Source of the DNA: Dicyema japonicum
Lineage: Eukaryota; Animalia; Dicyemida
Direction: 5' to 3'
Assembly: GCA_011109175.1 (NCBI GenBank)
Contig: RDEW01000015.1
Coordinates: forward strand, 770,868 to 834,867
Length of the DNA: 64,000 bases
Shown here one piece after another: positions 10,900-23,630 of the stretch. A program made the translations under genes and the position numbers. Within the stretch, counting starts at the first letter, position 1, and every line of letters starts with the position of its first letter. The notes under the pieces were generated by a model. It searched no databases, was not told the DNA's origin, and was given only the letters and a program-made list of their open reading frames with translations.

Positions 10900-13450
10900 T
10901 CTTAATCTTTTCTCATCGTCGTTCGCAATTCCCACTGCATATCTGTATCCATTAAGAATACTCTCTGGTGTCTTTTTAATCGTGACAATCTGTATCTAGG
11001 CTTTCACGGGACATTCCAGCCTCAAAGCTTCTAAATGGTATTTTTGGTATTTGCCGACGATTCCATCCAAGTCAAAAACTACTGGAATTAGATACACTTT
11101 TCCTTTTTGAATTAATCCGAGTTCGCTTGCTAAAAGATCATATTTACGTTCCTTCTCGACTTCGACATACTTTAGCGATTGTTGGGATGTTATTCCCACT
11201 TCTATTAGATTTTTTGAATCCTTTATTCTATCGAACACATATATGTCCGGTTTGTTATTTTGTACCCTCATGTCCGTGGCTATTGTTGTATCCACTCGAA
11301 TCTTTATGACTCATTTACAACAATAGACTGGACGGAGTGTGTCTTGAGTCTCCTAGTCTTCTTAATTCCATATTGAAGACACGGCTGCAGATGTATGCAT
11401 TTAACCACCTCATTTGTTTTCCCAGGTAGTCGCTGTTTAACATATGTTTCCACATGGTTGACACTTTTCCTGGAAGAATTAAAGTGACTGCAATTTTCTC
11501 CACCTTTTTTGAAGAATGAATCGCGGTCTTGTATAAGAAACAGCATCCTTCAGATCTTGTAGAATTGTTCCCATGTGATAACCACTGAGATGATTCCCTG
11601 ACGTCGACGTTGATATCATCCAAACGTTCGAAAAGAGTTACATGAAATTGCTTCCTCCGTATTTGTCCGATTAAATATTTCTCCTACAGCTCTTTCAGTA
11701 AGTTCATATGCATAAAAGTTTTTTACCTTCGATTGAGAAATTCTAAGATTGTAGCCACATGTGTTTTCTTTGATTTGTGACCCGTAGAATCCTTGCTTTC
11801 CTAAACAATACTTCGACTTCTCCAGGTCTCGGAAGAATTGTAAAAGAATTTGTTCAGTTTTATGGGTAATGGATACTAATCATCTTCCAGACTCATCTCT
11901 TAGCAGATAGTCATTCTTTGTTTCCACGTTTCAAATGAATCCGATTCTAATTTTCTTTATGCTTTGGTCAATTAGCTCAAATTCTGAAGGTTTTCTATCT
12001 ATGAGCCCAATGTAGTAACTATATGAGAATAAAGCATGTTGGTTTATGGCCTTGAGCATGTTACCCAAGTTCAATCTCTTTTTAACCACATCAAATATTA
12101 GCTTCATTTTTTTCAAGATATTGCTTTTTCTATTCTCTACACACCAAGATATCTATATCCATCCATTCCGTTAAAAAAGTAGCTTCGGATCCAAGGGTTA
12201 ACACATGAGTAGCAGATTTTTCTACATTTTGTTCAAGTCTATCTGTTAGAAAGAATTAACTTCCTTCATCACCATAATCGTTGTGTTTTCCTCTCAAGGG
12301 AATATTTTTAGGTCGTCCATAAATAGCAGGTGGTTTTTTGCATAGCTTCGAGATCCTAGTGGTGGTTGTCGATAACCACTTTTTGGTATTTCGCATTTAG
12401 TATTCTGCTCAGAAGGTCCATTAAAAGCACGAAAATCTGCGGTGACAGAGTCACCCTGCAGTATCCCTCTCTTCATCTTGATTTCCCCAATTTTTTGTGA
12501 TTAAAATTCAATTTAATTTTTTATTTCGTGATCAAGTTTTTTTTACGAATCTACAATTCCGTAAGGGAGTCCAAAGTTATCAGGAACCCGATAAAAGAAG
12601 TCATGATCCACTAAATCGAAAATTTTTAACGTCTATCTACACAGTGACGAAATTATTTCCGCTCTGCTGGTTGATGCAGTGATTAAGTATTGCCTGTTCT
12701 TTAGCCTTTTGACACACCCTTCGGGTTCCCAAATGATTGTTACTGCTTCAATGTAGTCTGACAATTTTCTGTTCACAACTTTCGTAACTACTTTTATAAA
12801 TTGGGCATACATGTAGTTCCGGTGTAGAACCACTCATCTGGAGTATACTTTCCGTGTATCAACTTGGAGATTTCTTCACAGAGGTGGTCATGAATTGAGG
12901 TGAATTTTTTGAAAAAGAAGTTGTGCACCCAATCAAATTCTCTAGCTCTCCAGTTCAGGAGCTGTTTAATTTCTTCAACGATGTATTCTTTGCTAAATTC
13001 TGAAAATGTGTCTTCTGCGCCGGTCACTCGTTTGTTCATAAATTATTTTCATTTCTCTTCTGTTTTTTCGAAATATTCTCCCAAAATAAAAGACCAGCAT
13101 TCTTTAAGTTTAAATAAAAATTCAGCATTCATTAAGTTTAAGCCATAAAATATCTTCGAATGACTTCAAATCACCAATTATGTTTTTTGAATTCCTTCCT
13201 AGATTCATGGATTCTAAGTTTTTTCTCCACACTCTTTATGCCATCCTGAAAACAAGCTCAGATTCTCTAGAATTTACCCTTCTTTGACTTTCGACATCCA
13301 TATTGGCAAAACATGTCCCTCGTTTCATCGTCATATCTTTGACTTCCTCTCAGTCCGGTAAGCTCTGTAGTGTGTTCGAGCTGCTTCTGTTTTGTAAGTT
13401 TGGCTTCCATAAAGTGAATCCAATCGCACTTTTTTTGGTTATCTTATGAG
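10900..13450 (-). mobile_element. R4-like non-LTR retrotransposon (RT, CCHC, REL endonuclease), frameshifted
   Basis: KRGILQGDS; NHLLFMDDLKIF; SSQWLSHGNNS..QDRDSFF; NNKPDIYVFDR..IEVGITSQQSLKYVEVEKERKYDLLASELG. Confidence 0.85.
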
Positions 13451-13464
13451 AACCTCATATCCCC

Positions 13465-16200
13465 GCTTTTTTAATTTTTTACCCCAAGATCACCGGATTA
13501 GAAAAGTTAAAAGTTAACTACTAACTAAGTGATCCCGGTTTTCCGGGTTCTGGCTCTCGTTCGGGGTCCTCGAAGATCCAACAGAATTGGTAGAAACGGG
13601 GACGGTCTCATTCTCCATAGATTTCCCGCATTTTCTAGATAGTCAGATATAGAGAGTGAAAGCGGACAGCCGGTTTTCATTGCCCACTGTAGAAATGACT
13701 TCACTCTCCACCTTAGGTGTTCTTTAACATTCAATACGTTATCCACAGTTTTCTTATTTATTATTTTCAAGGCAGCAAGTTGTGCGGCTTCTAATTTTTG
13801 AGACGACGATTCAGAAATCATCGAGCTCCAGGAAGGACATGCGTATTCGATTACTGGCAGTATGTATTGTCTGTAAATTTTCTGTAGTAAGAAGGTGTTG
13901 CGCCCGATTGGTGATCGGGACAAAATTTTCAATATGTTGGTCCTCCTCCTGACCTTGGTAATAACGTCATTGACGTGTTGGCCGAATGTCAAGAGAGTAT
14001 CCAACTTTAATCCTAGTATTGTTGGAGACTTATTCATAGGAATTTCATATCCAAACAATTTGATTTTGGGAGAGTATAATGATCTTCTATATGTAGAGAA
14101 AATTTTTATAAACGACTTTCCTGTAGAAACTTCCAGTCGATTTAATATGAGCCAATGTTCCAACATACTAATATAACTTTGAAGTTTTATGCCTGCCTTC
14201 TCATAGTTAGAGTCTCTCGTCGAAAGAACAATTTCATCTGCGTATAAGAGTATTAATGTATCGGGATCGTCTTTGGTGTACAGGTTGAAGAGCAGGAGAG
14301 AGGTGAACCTTGAGGGACACTATTCGGCAATAAACGGGATTTAGATTTTCTGTTGTCTGACATCACTTGTCCTCTTCTTCCACTTAAAAAGTTCGACAGC
14401 CTTCTTTTAATGTTTGGATTTATAAAAGTGTTAAAAATTTTTTCTATAAGCAGCGTCCGGAAAACGGAGTCGAATGCTTTCTTAATTCTATTGAAGCCAT
14501 TATGGTCCTTTTATGTGGATTTGGATAAGAGAATCCATCAGAAATATATTGAGTTAATTTTGTTAAGTGAGTCGTAGTAGATTGATTTTCACGGAATCCA
14601 TGCTGGAATACTCGATTTGGTACAATATTTTTGATTCGTGTTAAGATTAATTTTTTTTAAATTCGGGACATTGCACATAGTATAGAAATTGGACGATAAG
14701 AAGAGGGATCGTTTGCAGGTTTGTTTGGCTTCCGAATTGGCAGAATTATGGATTTCTTCCATATAGAAGGTATCATATTATTGTTCACAGATATAGTATA
14801 AACGTATGATAGGAATTTGGTTGCTTTTTCACCAAGGTGTTTCAGTTCCATCATCGAGACATTGTCAGCACCTCGGGAACGGGAGTTTTTGGCATCCATG
14901 ATTGCGTTTCGAACTTCTTGTGGAGTAAAGACAATCAAATCATATGATGGATACAACTTCTTCTTGTAGACTCTGTGTTCCCTCGAGAAATTTTTATGGC
15001 TGATTGCGACATAGTGCTTCATTAAAATATTTGGGTCGATGTTGCTACATTCCTGTCCGTGGAGGACTTTCTCAGAGCCTTCATTGCAACGTCTCAAATA
15101 TTTAATTTTCCTCCATATCAGCGTCTCGGATGTATTTGGCGATAGAGAATCAATAAGTGATGTCCATCGCTTTTTGATTCTAGACTTGGTAACTTGTTTA
15201 ATTTGTATATTCAAGAATTTCATTTTTTGGAAATCGTCATTTGATAATTCCTTTTGCTTCTTTAATTTATTTCTTTCTCTGATAAGTGTTTTTGTGTGCA
15301 TATTATAATAGGTATTCCTTGTTTGATGGCATCCCATTGGAATAAATAGTTTTCTTGCTTTGAGTATAATGTCCGTGAAAGTTTTGATCATGTGGTCAAT
15401 TGATGAGAATCCCAATGTGTAAAATACTTCCATATTGGTGTCGATGTAATTAGAGAAATTGGATTAATCTGCGCTTTCAAAATTTAAAAAAGTGGAATTC
15501 TGTCTGATAAATTTATTTTCAGTGTTGATTTTCATCATAATAGGGTTGTGATCACTTCTTAGTTCATATTTTACAGTCCAGTTGATGAGGGGAAACATTG
15601 ATGAGGAACATAAGGAGAGGTCAGGGGATGTAGGTTTGTCTCCTTTTCGAGTAGGTGTTCTTGTGTTGTTTTTGGTGTTATTCAATATACAAAATTGTCC
15701 CAAGTTTCTGGCCAGTAGATTTCCTCTACTCTGTGGTTTCTGGCCTTCATACCATAATTGATGATTGGCATTGATGTCACCGCATAGTATTACGTTTTTG
15801 AGGTTTGAGAAAATCTGTAGGTTAGGGTAGTACCCACTTGGACAGGATGTAGTAGGGGAATATATACATTGACAATATTTATAGTTTTCCTAGGAATTCT
15901 AACATTTATGCCAATTAGTTCCTAGGGGTCATCTTCTCTTGGACTAGAGCAATGTCAACTTCATTAGAGCAATGTCAACTTCATTATGAGTAAGTGGCGG
16001 ACTTCCAGAACCTTGTTTCGTATTCCGTTGATATTGATCTGGACCAGGTTGATTTCAGGGCCTGGGTTGGATTCGACGTCACCACACAAAAAGAGACCTG
16101 GAAAACCATCCTCCTTCATAGATAGGGATACGAAAGTGTAGTTCTTTTCAACATCATGTGATGCACAACACCACCATACAGGTGAACCACGCGGCATTTT
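13465..16200 (-). mobile_element. APE-RT LINE (I/Jockey/Ingi-like) carrying an N-terminal 2A-like peptide; decayed copy
   Basis: GDVESNPGP-EINLVQININGI (APE start); CGDINANHQLW; SDHNPI; RT SRGADNVS..WKKSIILPIRKPNKP..SYRPISIL; DSVFRT; YADE (catalytic D to E); ILGLKLD..F..HV; 3' UTR and A-rich tail near 13470. Confidence 0.9.
16057..16083 (-). other. 2A-like ribosomal skipping (StopGo) motif GDVESNPG|P
   Basis: GGT GAC GTC GAA TCC AAC CCA GGC CCT is an exact D(V/I)ExNPGP consensus directly before the APE domain. Confidence 0.85.
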
Positions 16201-16280
16201 AAATCATATCCCCGCTGTCCAACATAAATGATATCCGTAATATCGTTTATATAAATAATACTGTACTTTACGTAAAAAAA

Positions 16281-16524
16281 TTAAAAATTATTCCAAAGAC
16301 CAAGGGTAACCAAACTTACTAATCCTTGATCCTGACTCGTTCCAGCATTCCAGAACATGTCTCCAGGTAACGATGTTGTCCCCGGAGAAGAAGAATTAGA
16401 TCCTCTTGATGCCGGCCAAGCATTAAGCGTCTTCCTCAGAAGGGTGGATCCGATGACGTCATCGGAAAGAAGGAAAACAATTTATGTCACCTAGCCACAT
16501 AGCACCACATGGCTTCATGCGGCC
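16281..16524 (-). mobile_element. Family A short element (A2) immediately 5' of the 2A-LINE
   Basis: Homologous to 10281-10530. Pseudoknot at 16398-16460 (GACGTC/GACGCT, GGATCC/GGATCT, CCT/AGG, ATGCT/GGCAT). Confidence 0.85.
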
Positions 16525-16999
16525 AAATAAAATTTTTTTACAAAAAGAATAATAATTTGAGAAATAATAATGATAATGAAATGCAGGTAGTTTTAAGATA
16601 CACTATTCATCCAAAAGAGTTGTTGATAAAAAAAATCAATTATATCTCATTTTTGTTACTAACGTTAAACGCTGAAACAGATTATAGCGTTCTGTACACA
16701 AATTAATCAAATCGATCTTAGGAACCTCAGGAATTGAAGATATATAACTCCTCCCTTGGTTTTCATTTATCTTCATTCCCTTCAAGTGAAGGAATAATGT
16801 GGATACTATGACAGTAACTACCAAAAGTAAATGCTACCGACTCCTTTTTCGGTGTCATCAAAAAGTCTTCTCTTGGAGTCTTAAAATTATCATCTAACTA
16901 TAAAAAATGAGTCACTATTCTGTGACAATCTTATGGTCAGTTCCCGTTTCCAAGGTCATTAAGTAAGAGATCTCTGATATATGCAAACGAAGTCCTACT

Positions 17000-17630
17000 G
17001 TATGATGTGTCAAGATCGAGAATGATCTCGGAAAAGAGACGCAATGTGTATTTGGAATAGATAAAATCCTGGTGGGTCTCAAAGGATTAAAACTGTCAGA
17101 AGAAAAATCTAATGAAATGAGGTTTTTCGGTCAAAATGGAATAGGAAATCGATAAGAATCCTTATGAGGAATAAATATTGTGAGATCCCTGAAGTATCTC
17201 GGAACAGCTATTGAGAAAACTGGGAGTACATTATGTGAATTTAAACTCATAAAAAAGAAAGCACACTATGCGATTTTGTGAATGAGGAAATTAAGACTCA
17301 AAACAGATATGTTTTTTTTATTTTTTACGTACGATCATTCCATCACCCTTTTATGAACTGGAAGGATGGTATTACACTGCATACAAGGAGCGTTTTATCT
17401 TGCCTTTTGAAAAATCAAAGAGAACAGGGATCAAGATTGCCCTGTGCAAAAAGGCTCGACGAGAAGTAAGATGATGATTTATTAGTGATGTCGATCAGAG
17501 ATACAGCAGAGAAAAGGATGACAAACTTCCTAAAAAGGGATTCCATAATTGACTCTTACGTCGCAGCTCGGAATAAATCATAAGAGAGATCTGAGACCGC
17601 AAGGGAGAGTCCAAGCTATGGCAGGACTGG
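17000..17630 (+). mobile_element. LINE RT C-terminal relic (clade uncertain)
   Basis: VRSLKYLGT..EFKL.KKKA..IIPSLLY-type fragments; partial similarity to 32920-33030. Confidence 0.45.
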
Positions 17631-18574
17631 TGGTGAGAAGCCAATTAATACCCTCTTTAATTTCCTCTTTAATAAAGTCTGTTAAAGTTTAAAGTGTGAC
17701 AATTAAACAATTCTTATGGCATATGTCGGTATAAAAAATTAAATATAACAAATTTGATTTTTCTATGATAATTATATTCTTCGAAAAGAATTATTGTTCG
17801 TTAAACCATTGATGTTGGATAAAACTTGAAAATAGATGTTTTCTCTAACAAAGAATAATTTTGTCGAAAATAGTGTTGATGGCGCCATGTAGATGTCTAG
17901 AAAATTCAAATGCTTTACAGCATTTTTTAAGAATTATGCCCAGCAATAATCTTGTTTCCAAAATTATGTTTATTGAACTTAACCTTAAATATTGTCATAA
18001 AAACTATAAAATAAAATTTAACAGTAATTATGACCTATTATTTAAGAAATTTTGCATTGATGATGATGTCTATTATTTCATTGAAATTTAAAAATTAAAT
18101 TGACTTAGGTTAGGTGGTTACAAAAATTTTCGCCTTATAATGCATTGAACAGATTAGTCGCTTTGTATGATACAATTATAGACTTTCTGAAAATTAGGAG
18201 ATGATAGCTACGATTTTAATGAATTACAGAGAAAAATTATTTGAGTTGGGTTTTTCTACACTTAATGAGGTTAGAAGAAATTAAGGACTACTTTAAGTAT
18301 TTTGATGTTGCAAAGCGATCGCCGTAACAATAATAGATGCTAAAAGAATAATAAATTTTTATGGATAAAATCGATTTTTATTATTATTTTCAAGAAAATT
18401 AAAATTTGCCAATTTCCTGAATTATAAAAAGTTGCAGAGTATGAATTTGGAAATTTATACATCGCACTTATCATAACTCAAAACTGAACTTCTTTTCATG
18501 ATTTTCTTTATTTTAATACTCCACAGTGGATGAGTATTATATTAAATTGTTAAAAAAGCACTCTCGAGAAAACA

Positions 18575-19015
18575 TAAAATTAGTTAAGCTTCCATTGTGC
18601 CGTACTCCGAATCATCCTCTCCGTTAGCTTCGACCATGATCTTCTGTTGAGCATTAGTTCTCTTAGGTAGTCCAGGTCGTCCACCATTCCATTATAAAGT
18701 CAGATGCTGTCCACACCCTTGTACGTAGTGAATCAGGTCCTGATGACGATGGACTGCAAATCCGAGACCATAATGTCGGCAAACCGACGGGAGGATAAAA
18801 ATGTAGAATTTTCCAAACAGTTCTGTACACTGTACGGTCGTTTTTGTCTCTTGTAGACAGCAGACAGAGACCTCATATTTGGTTAGATCCCACACCAGTT
18901 GGTGTTTCTAGTAAAGTTGATTAAGTTTTCTGCAATTGAAAGATCCCAGAGTAGACGAAGAAATCGGTATGGAATACGAATATGCCATAGTGCGATAGAG
19001 GTGTCGTCCAATAAG
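18575..19015 (-). mobile_element. Non-autonomous bipartite RTE derivative (copy 1)
   Basis: The 5' part encodes the APE start (LTKYEVSVCCLQETK..RHYGLGFAVH). It is fused to an RTE 3' end similar to 47860-47955 and has the same junction as 32360-32795. Confidence 0.8.
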
Positions 19016-19244
19016 GATGATACGTTAGATAATTGATTTATTCAAATCCAAAATTTCAAAACTCTGATTCCGAATTAGAGAGGAAATAATAAACATCAAA
19101 AATAATACATCTTATGATTAGTTTTGACAGGATTCGAAGATTATAGAACAATTTCCAAAATTGTGTAATTCGATCTCTAGATAATCTTGTACTTGCAAAC
19201 CTTATATCTTCTTAAGAGAGGATACATCTCACTTAGTTAATTAT

Positions 19245-22200
19245 TATTATTATTTAAGCACTTCACAAGAGCCATACTAATTATAGCCCCGCATGTGCAG
19301 CAAAAGAAACAAGGTTAGATGTCATCCTTTTCCATGCTCCTCTGTTCCTAGCCAAGGCTCTCATGCTGTCCAGGTCGTCGGCATTTGTTAGATTTTTTTA
19401 TACTGACCAGGTCTTTTTGTAAGACTATTGGCAGTGTTGTTCTTGGTCTTCCCGATAGCGGCCTTCTTGACTAACATAGTATGTTTCCATAGATATGTTC
19501 GGTGGGGAAGTTAATTCCATCCTCAGCACGTGTCCGAAGAGCCTCCATCGGGATTCCAGTACTTCTAAGCTGATAGGTCTAGTGCTGCATCTCTTATATA
19601 AAGCATTCCTAGATATTCTCGTAGGCCAAGTAGTTCCTGTTATTTTTCTCAGCTGACCTCTGTGGAACGAGTCTAGTTTTTTCATATCCGCTGATGAGGT
19701 CGCCCAAGTTCCAGCGTTATATAAAAGTACGGGTTTTATGAATGAGTCGTATAGTAGGATTCTCATTTTCGTGTCGATGCCTTTTTGATTGAGCCATAAA
19801 TTCTTCAGTTTATATAACGCAGCATTGGCTAGAGTTTTCCTACGTAAAATATCTTCGCTATCTCCCATAAGTGAACCGAGTTTCTTTACTTGTCGCCACT
19901 TCTCTTCTAGGACGTTACTCATCCTTCTTATCTCTGTGAGTTCTGTTTTTTCTCTGTTCACAGTAAGAAACCATTTCCCTAGTACATCTGGTGCTTTTTC
20001 TAATAGGTTTTCCAGGACCTCTTTGTCTTCAGAAATTAGGTCTACATCGTCCGCGTAGATTACTTCTTCCGTCTTTCCTTGGTATGACGGTCTAAGTTCC
20101 CTCATAGCGGCTTCCAAATAAATTGTGAATAGTAGAGGAGAAAGAGAGTCTCCTTGTGGAGTGCCCGTATTTGTTTCAAATTTTCTTGAATAGGTTTTTC
20201 CGACTCTCACAAGGAGCTCAGTGTTAGAAAGTAGAATTCGGATCATCCTTAGACTCGATTCATCAAGAAATCCGCCCAGTACCCCCATTAATTTGTTCCT
20301 GTTAACCGTATCAAAAGCTCTTGATAGATCAATTCCCAAAATATTGGTGGCGTTACGGTATCTTTGATATGTTGCACACCTCCATCTGTGACTCCAGACC
20401 GCATCAGCTGTGGATCTCCCTTCTCGAAAACCACTTTGACTATCTGGTAGGTATTTGTAAGCAGGTCCTTTTATTCGTTCAAGCACAATGTTTGCCAAGA
20501 CTTTGCGTAATGAATTTAGTAGTATGATGGGTCGCAAATTTTCGAGCGGTCCTCTGTTTTTGTTAGTTTTTTGTATGGGGATTAGTAGTCCCGTACCCAG
20601 AGGTAGAGTTGAGTTAGTTGAAAACATTTCATTTAGTAGTGTAGCGATTTTTTCAAAAAGGAGGTCAGGGCCGTATTTCAGTAGTTCTGGGTTTATCGCA
20701 TCTGGTCCGGGGCTTCTGTTATTCTTGAGTTTTCGGCAGGCCGTTTTGATTTCCTCGGCCGTGATTGGTATCTTAAGGGGTCTTGGCCTTCCATCAAATG
20801 GGTGGATTTCTATGGTTTTGATGTTGAAAAGCTTCTCAAAGTGAGCCGCGATGGCTTCAGTTTGTTCTTTGGTGTTCAGTATCAGCTTACCGTTCTCGTC
20901 TTTTATGGTTAGTCGACTTCGGTTTGTTCGCCGCAGCAAACGGCACACTTTGTTTACTTCTTCTATACAGGAGGCTATTTCTTCTATGAAAAGCTTCTTG
21001 TTCAGACCCTTTATTTTTCTTCTGACACGTTGTCTTTCGCCTTGAAGGGCTTTTATCGCATTAGTGTCAGTGGCATTTGATTTTCTCATATTTATTTCTT
21101 TTAGACTTTTCGCAAGCTCAGGAACATCTGGATGAATAGCCTTCAGGTGCATTTTACTATTCTCCCTTTTGCCAAGACATGCTTCAGCAGCTTCGTTGAT
21201 GGTGTCCTTTGTGCGTTTCCAGGCGTCTTCTAGCGTGGTATCCACCAATACGTCCTGCAAATTAGTCTGAATGTATTGTTGATATCTCTCAGTAGTCTCC
21301 GGTTGAGAAATCAGCCTTTCAGTCGCGTAGTCGCCTCTGATTTTCTCAAATTCGTGATTTTTTGCATTCCTGTATTTATGGCATGTTTTTTCAGGGTGAA
21401 GGTCGCAATAACCATCTTGTGGTCGCTGACAGTCGTCGAGCCTTCATATGAACGTGCGTTTACTAGAAGGTGTTTGTCTTTAGCCCGGCATATGACATAA
21501 TCGATTTGGTTGTATATTGGGACCAGCTTTCCTTCTGAGTTCCTTCGCTTCCCCATCCACGTAGTTTTGTGGCAGGCAGGATGCGTAAATGCAGTATTGC
21601 ATAGGAAAAGGTTGTTTGCCATACAAAAGTGACCAAGTATTGTCCCGGGTAAATTTCTTATTCCACGTCCATGTTCTCCCAAGAAAACATCATCCGGGTT
21701 ATTCTTCATCCCGACTTTTGCATTCAAATCACCAGCAATGAGTATTAGTGATGACGACTCATATTCGTTGTACGTCCGTAACAGTGTTGAATAGAAGTCG
21801 TCTAGTTCTGTCGGATCTTTCGCTACTCTCCCGCAGTGTGGCGCATAAACATTTACAATTGTCAGAAAGCTCTTCGAAGGAGGTAAGTCGTTTAGCCGGA
21901 TTTGTATAACACAGATCCTGTCATTCACACTCCATATACGGTGGACTGCACTTGTCAACTTTGAGTGGATGGCAAATCCAAGTCCATAATGTTTTGAGTC
22001 GCTCGGCTGACATATAATTCGATATTCGCCAAAGTTTTCATCAAGGCTACAAGTAACTTTCGTCTCTTGTAGACACCCAATAGATACGTCGTATCTCTCC
22101 AGGTCATCACAGAGAATCTTCCTCGACCAGGTCGTAGATAAGCCTCTAGCATTGAACGTAAGGACTTTTAGACGAGATGCATCCCTTTGTATCCATTGCC

Positions 22201-22262
22201 TTTTAGACATTTTTCTCAATTGCGATCCAATCAAGAAACGAGGCACGTCACCACCTCACCAA
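19245..22262 (-). mobile_element. Near full-length RTE retrotransposon (APE plus RT), (TAA)n tail
   Basis: ORFs 21311-22246 (TFNARGL, CLQETK, AGDLNAKVG, SDH) and 19425-21260 (SPGPD, QSGFREGRST, DLSRAFD, PQGDSLSP, YADD). Two frameshifts. TTATTATTATT at 19241-19255. Confidence 0.95.
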
Positions 22263-22599
22263 AAAGTTAATGATTATTGAATTATTTGTAAAACTATTCG
22301 TTAACGAGCTAAACAAAAATTCAGAATTAAACTATTTAAAATTGATTGGCTGCATTAATTTATTCTCTTTCGTTTTGAGCCATTCCTTAGCTTTCTAACT
22401 GCAATCTCTTGGTCACTATCAGCAATCTGATCTTCACTTTATCATTGTTGTTCAATAGGCACGATTCCGTCATCCTCAACTTGTTCTAGAGACTTTCGTT
22501 ATAGGAATTGAATGACCTCATTAACATCACTCTATTGAAAGTTCATCCCATGTCGGTACTCCACTAACATGCTTTCAAGAAATTTTTTTAACATAATAG

Positions 22600-23295
22600 A
22601 TTGAATATATGCCCTCGGAATTATATCCACATCCAAAACATCCATATATGACTTGTAGAACTTACAATTCCTTCCCAAGTCAAAACAATAGGAATAATTT
22701 TAACTTTCGCGATGTATATTTGAGACAACTCTCCAGCGACGAGGTCATATTTGTGAAGTTTTTCTACCTCAACCGCCTTCAGCATCTCCTGAGAAGTGAT
22801 CCCAACCTCCATCAAAGTAATCTCACTTGTCTTTTTATCAAAAACAAATATGTCCGACTTGTTATGCTGTATTTTGACATCAGTCATTAGCGTCGTATCG
22901 ACACGAATCTCGACATTCTCAGTTGTTACTATTGATTGGACTGAGTGAGTCTTCAGTTTCTTTGAATATGTGATTCCATATTTACGACACAGGTTTAAAT
23001 GAAGACATCTCACCACTTCATTGTGACGTCGTATGTAATCACTATTTAATATCCTATTGCATCTCGTTGCCAAATGATCGACTGTTTTTTGGCAGATTTA
23101 CAATGATTGCAATTGGATCCTTTTTCTTCAAAAAACAAATTTCGGTCTTGTAAAAGGCAATGCAAAGCTTCGGCTCTTAGACTATTATTCCCTCTTGCAA
23201 GCCACCCCGAAGATGATGCAATGTCAGCTTTTAAACATTTGAATAGCAAAGAATTGAGAGATATACTGTTAATTTTCATCAATAACCATTCAATT
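22600..23295 (-). mobile_element. R4-like element, 3' part (CCHC plus REL)
   Basis: LLQDRNLFF..CNHCKSAKK..HLATRC..YIRRHNEVVRCLHL..IEVGITS..VEVEKLHKYD. Confidence 0.85.
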
Positions 23296-23299
23296 TGAA

Positions 23300-23630
23300 C
23301 TTGTTATTATTATTAATTAACCCCTAATACACCGAGAAAGAAGTAAAAGTAAACAACTAATTAAGTGTATCCAGTTTCCACTTATACAGAAACAGAGTCC
23401 ATTTGGAATCAGCATAAAAGGTAAGACGTCCATTACATGCAGTTGTGGAAACCCCTCCAGTGGAGTGGGGAAGAGCAAATGATCCTTTTTCGTGCCGGCC
23501 TGGCACTGGGCGTCACCTAGACAGGTGGATCACATGACGCCACTCTATTAGGAGAAGAGAGGAGGAACAGACAAGCAAGCAGAAAACTTGAACCAATTAC
23601 CCACGCAGCACCACATGGCGCCACGTGGCG
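23300..23630 (-). mobile_element. Family B short element (B1) with pseudoknot module and LINE-type 3' tail
   Basis: Near-identical to 27415-27732. Pseudoknot at 23480-23541. The 3' 65 nt resemble 13480-13545. (TAA)n tail. Confidence 0.9.

Noticed and set aside
15946-15985. 20-bp tandem repeat AGAGCAATGTCAACTTCATT
   Set aside because: A slippage or repair scar at a deletion in the dead LINE. Two units only, so not a CRISPR array.
16450-16465. Perfect 16-bp palindrome CCGATGACGTCATCGG
   Set aside because: Only partly present in A1 and absent in family B. Probably incidental to the P1 sequence.
19789-22152. Several ORFs antisense to or overlapping the RTE (also over 46875-47957, 13895-15308 and 58212-58451)
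   Set aside because: Shadow frames of real coding sequence with no independent motifs.
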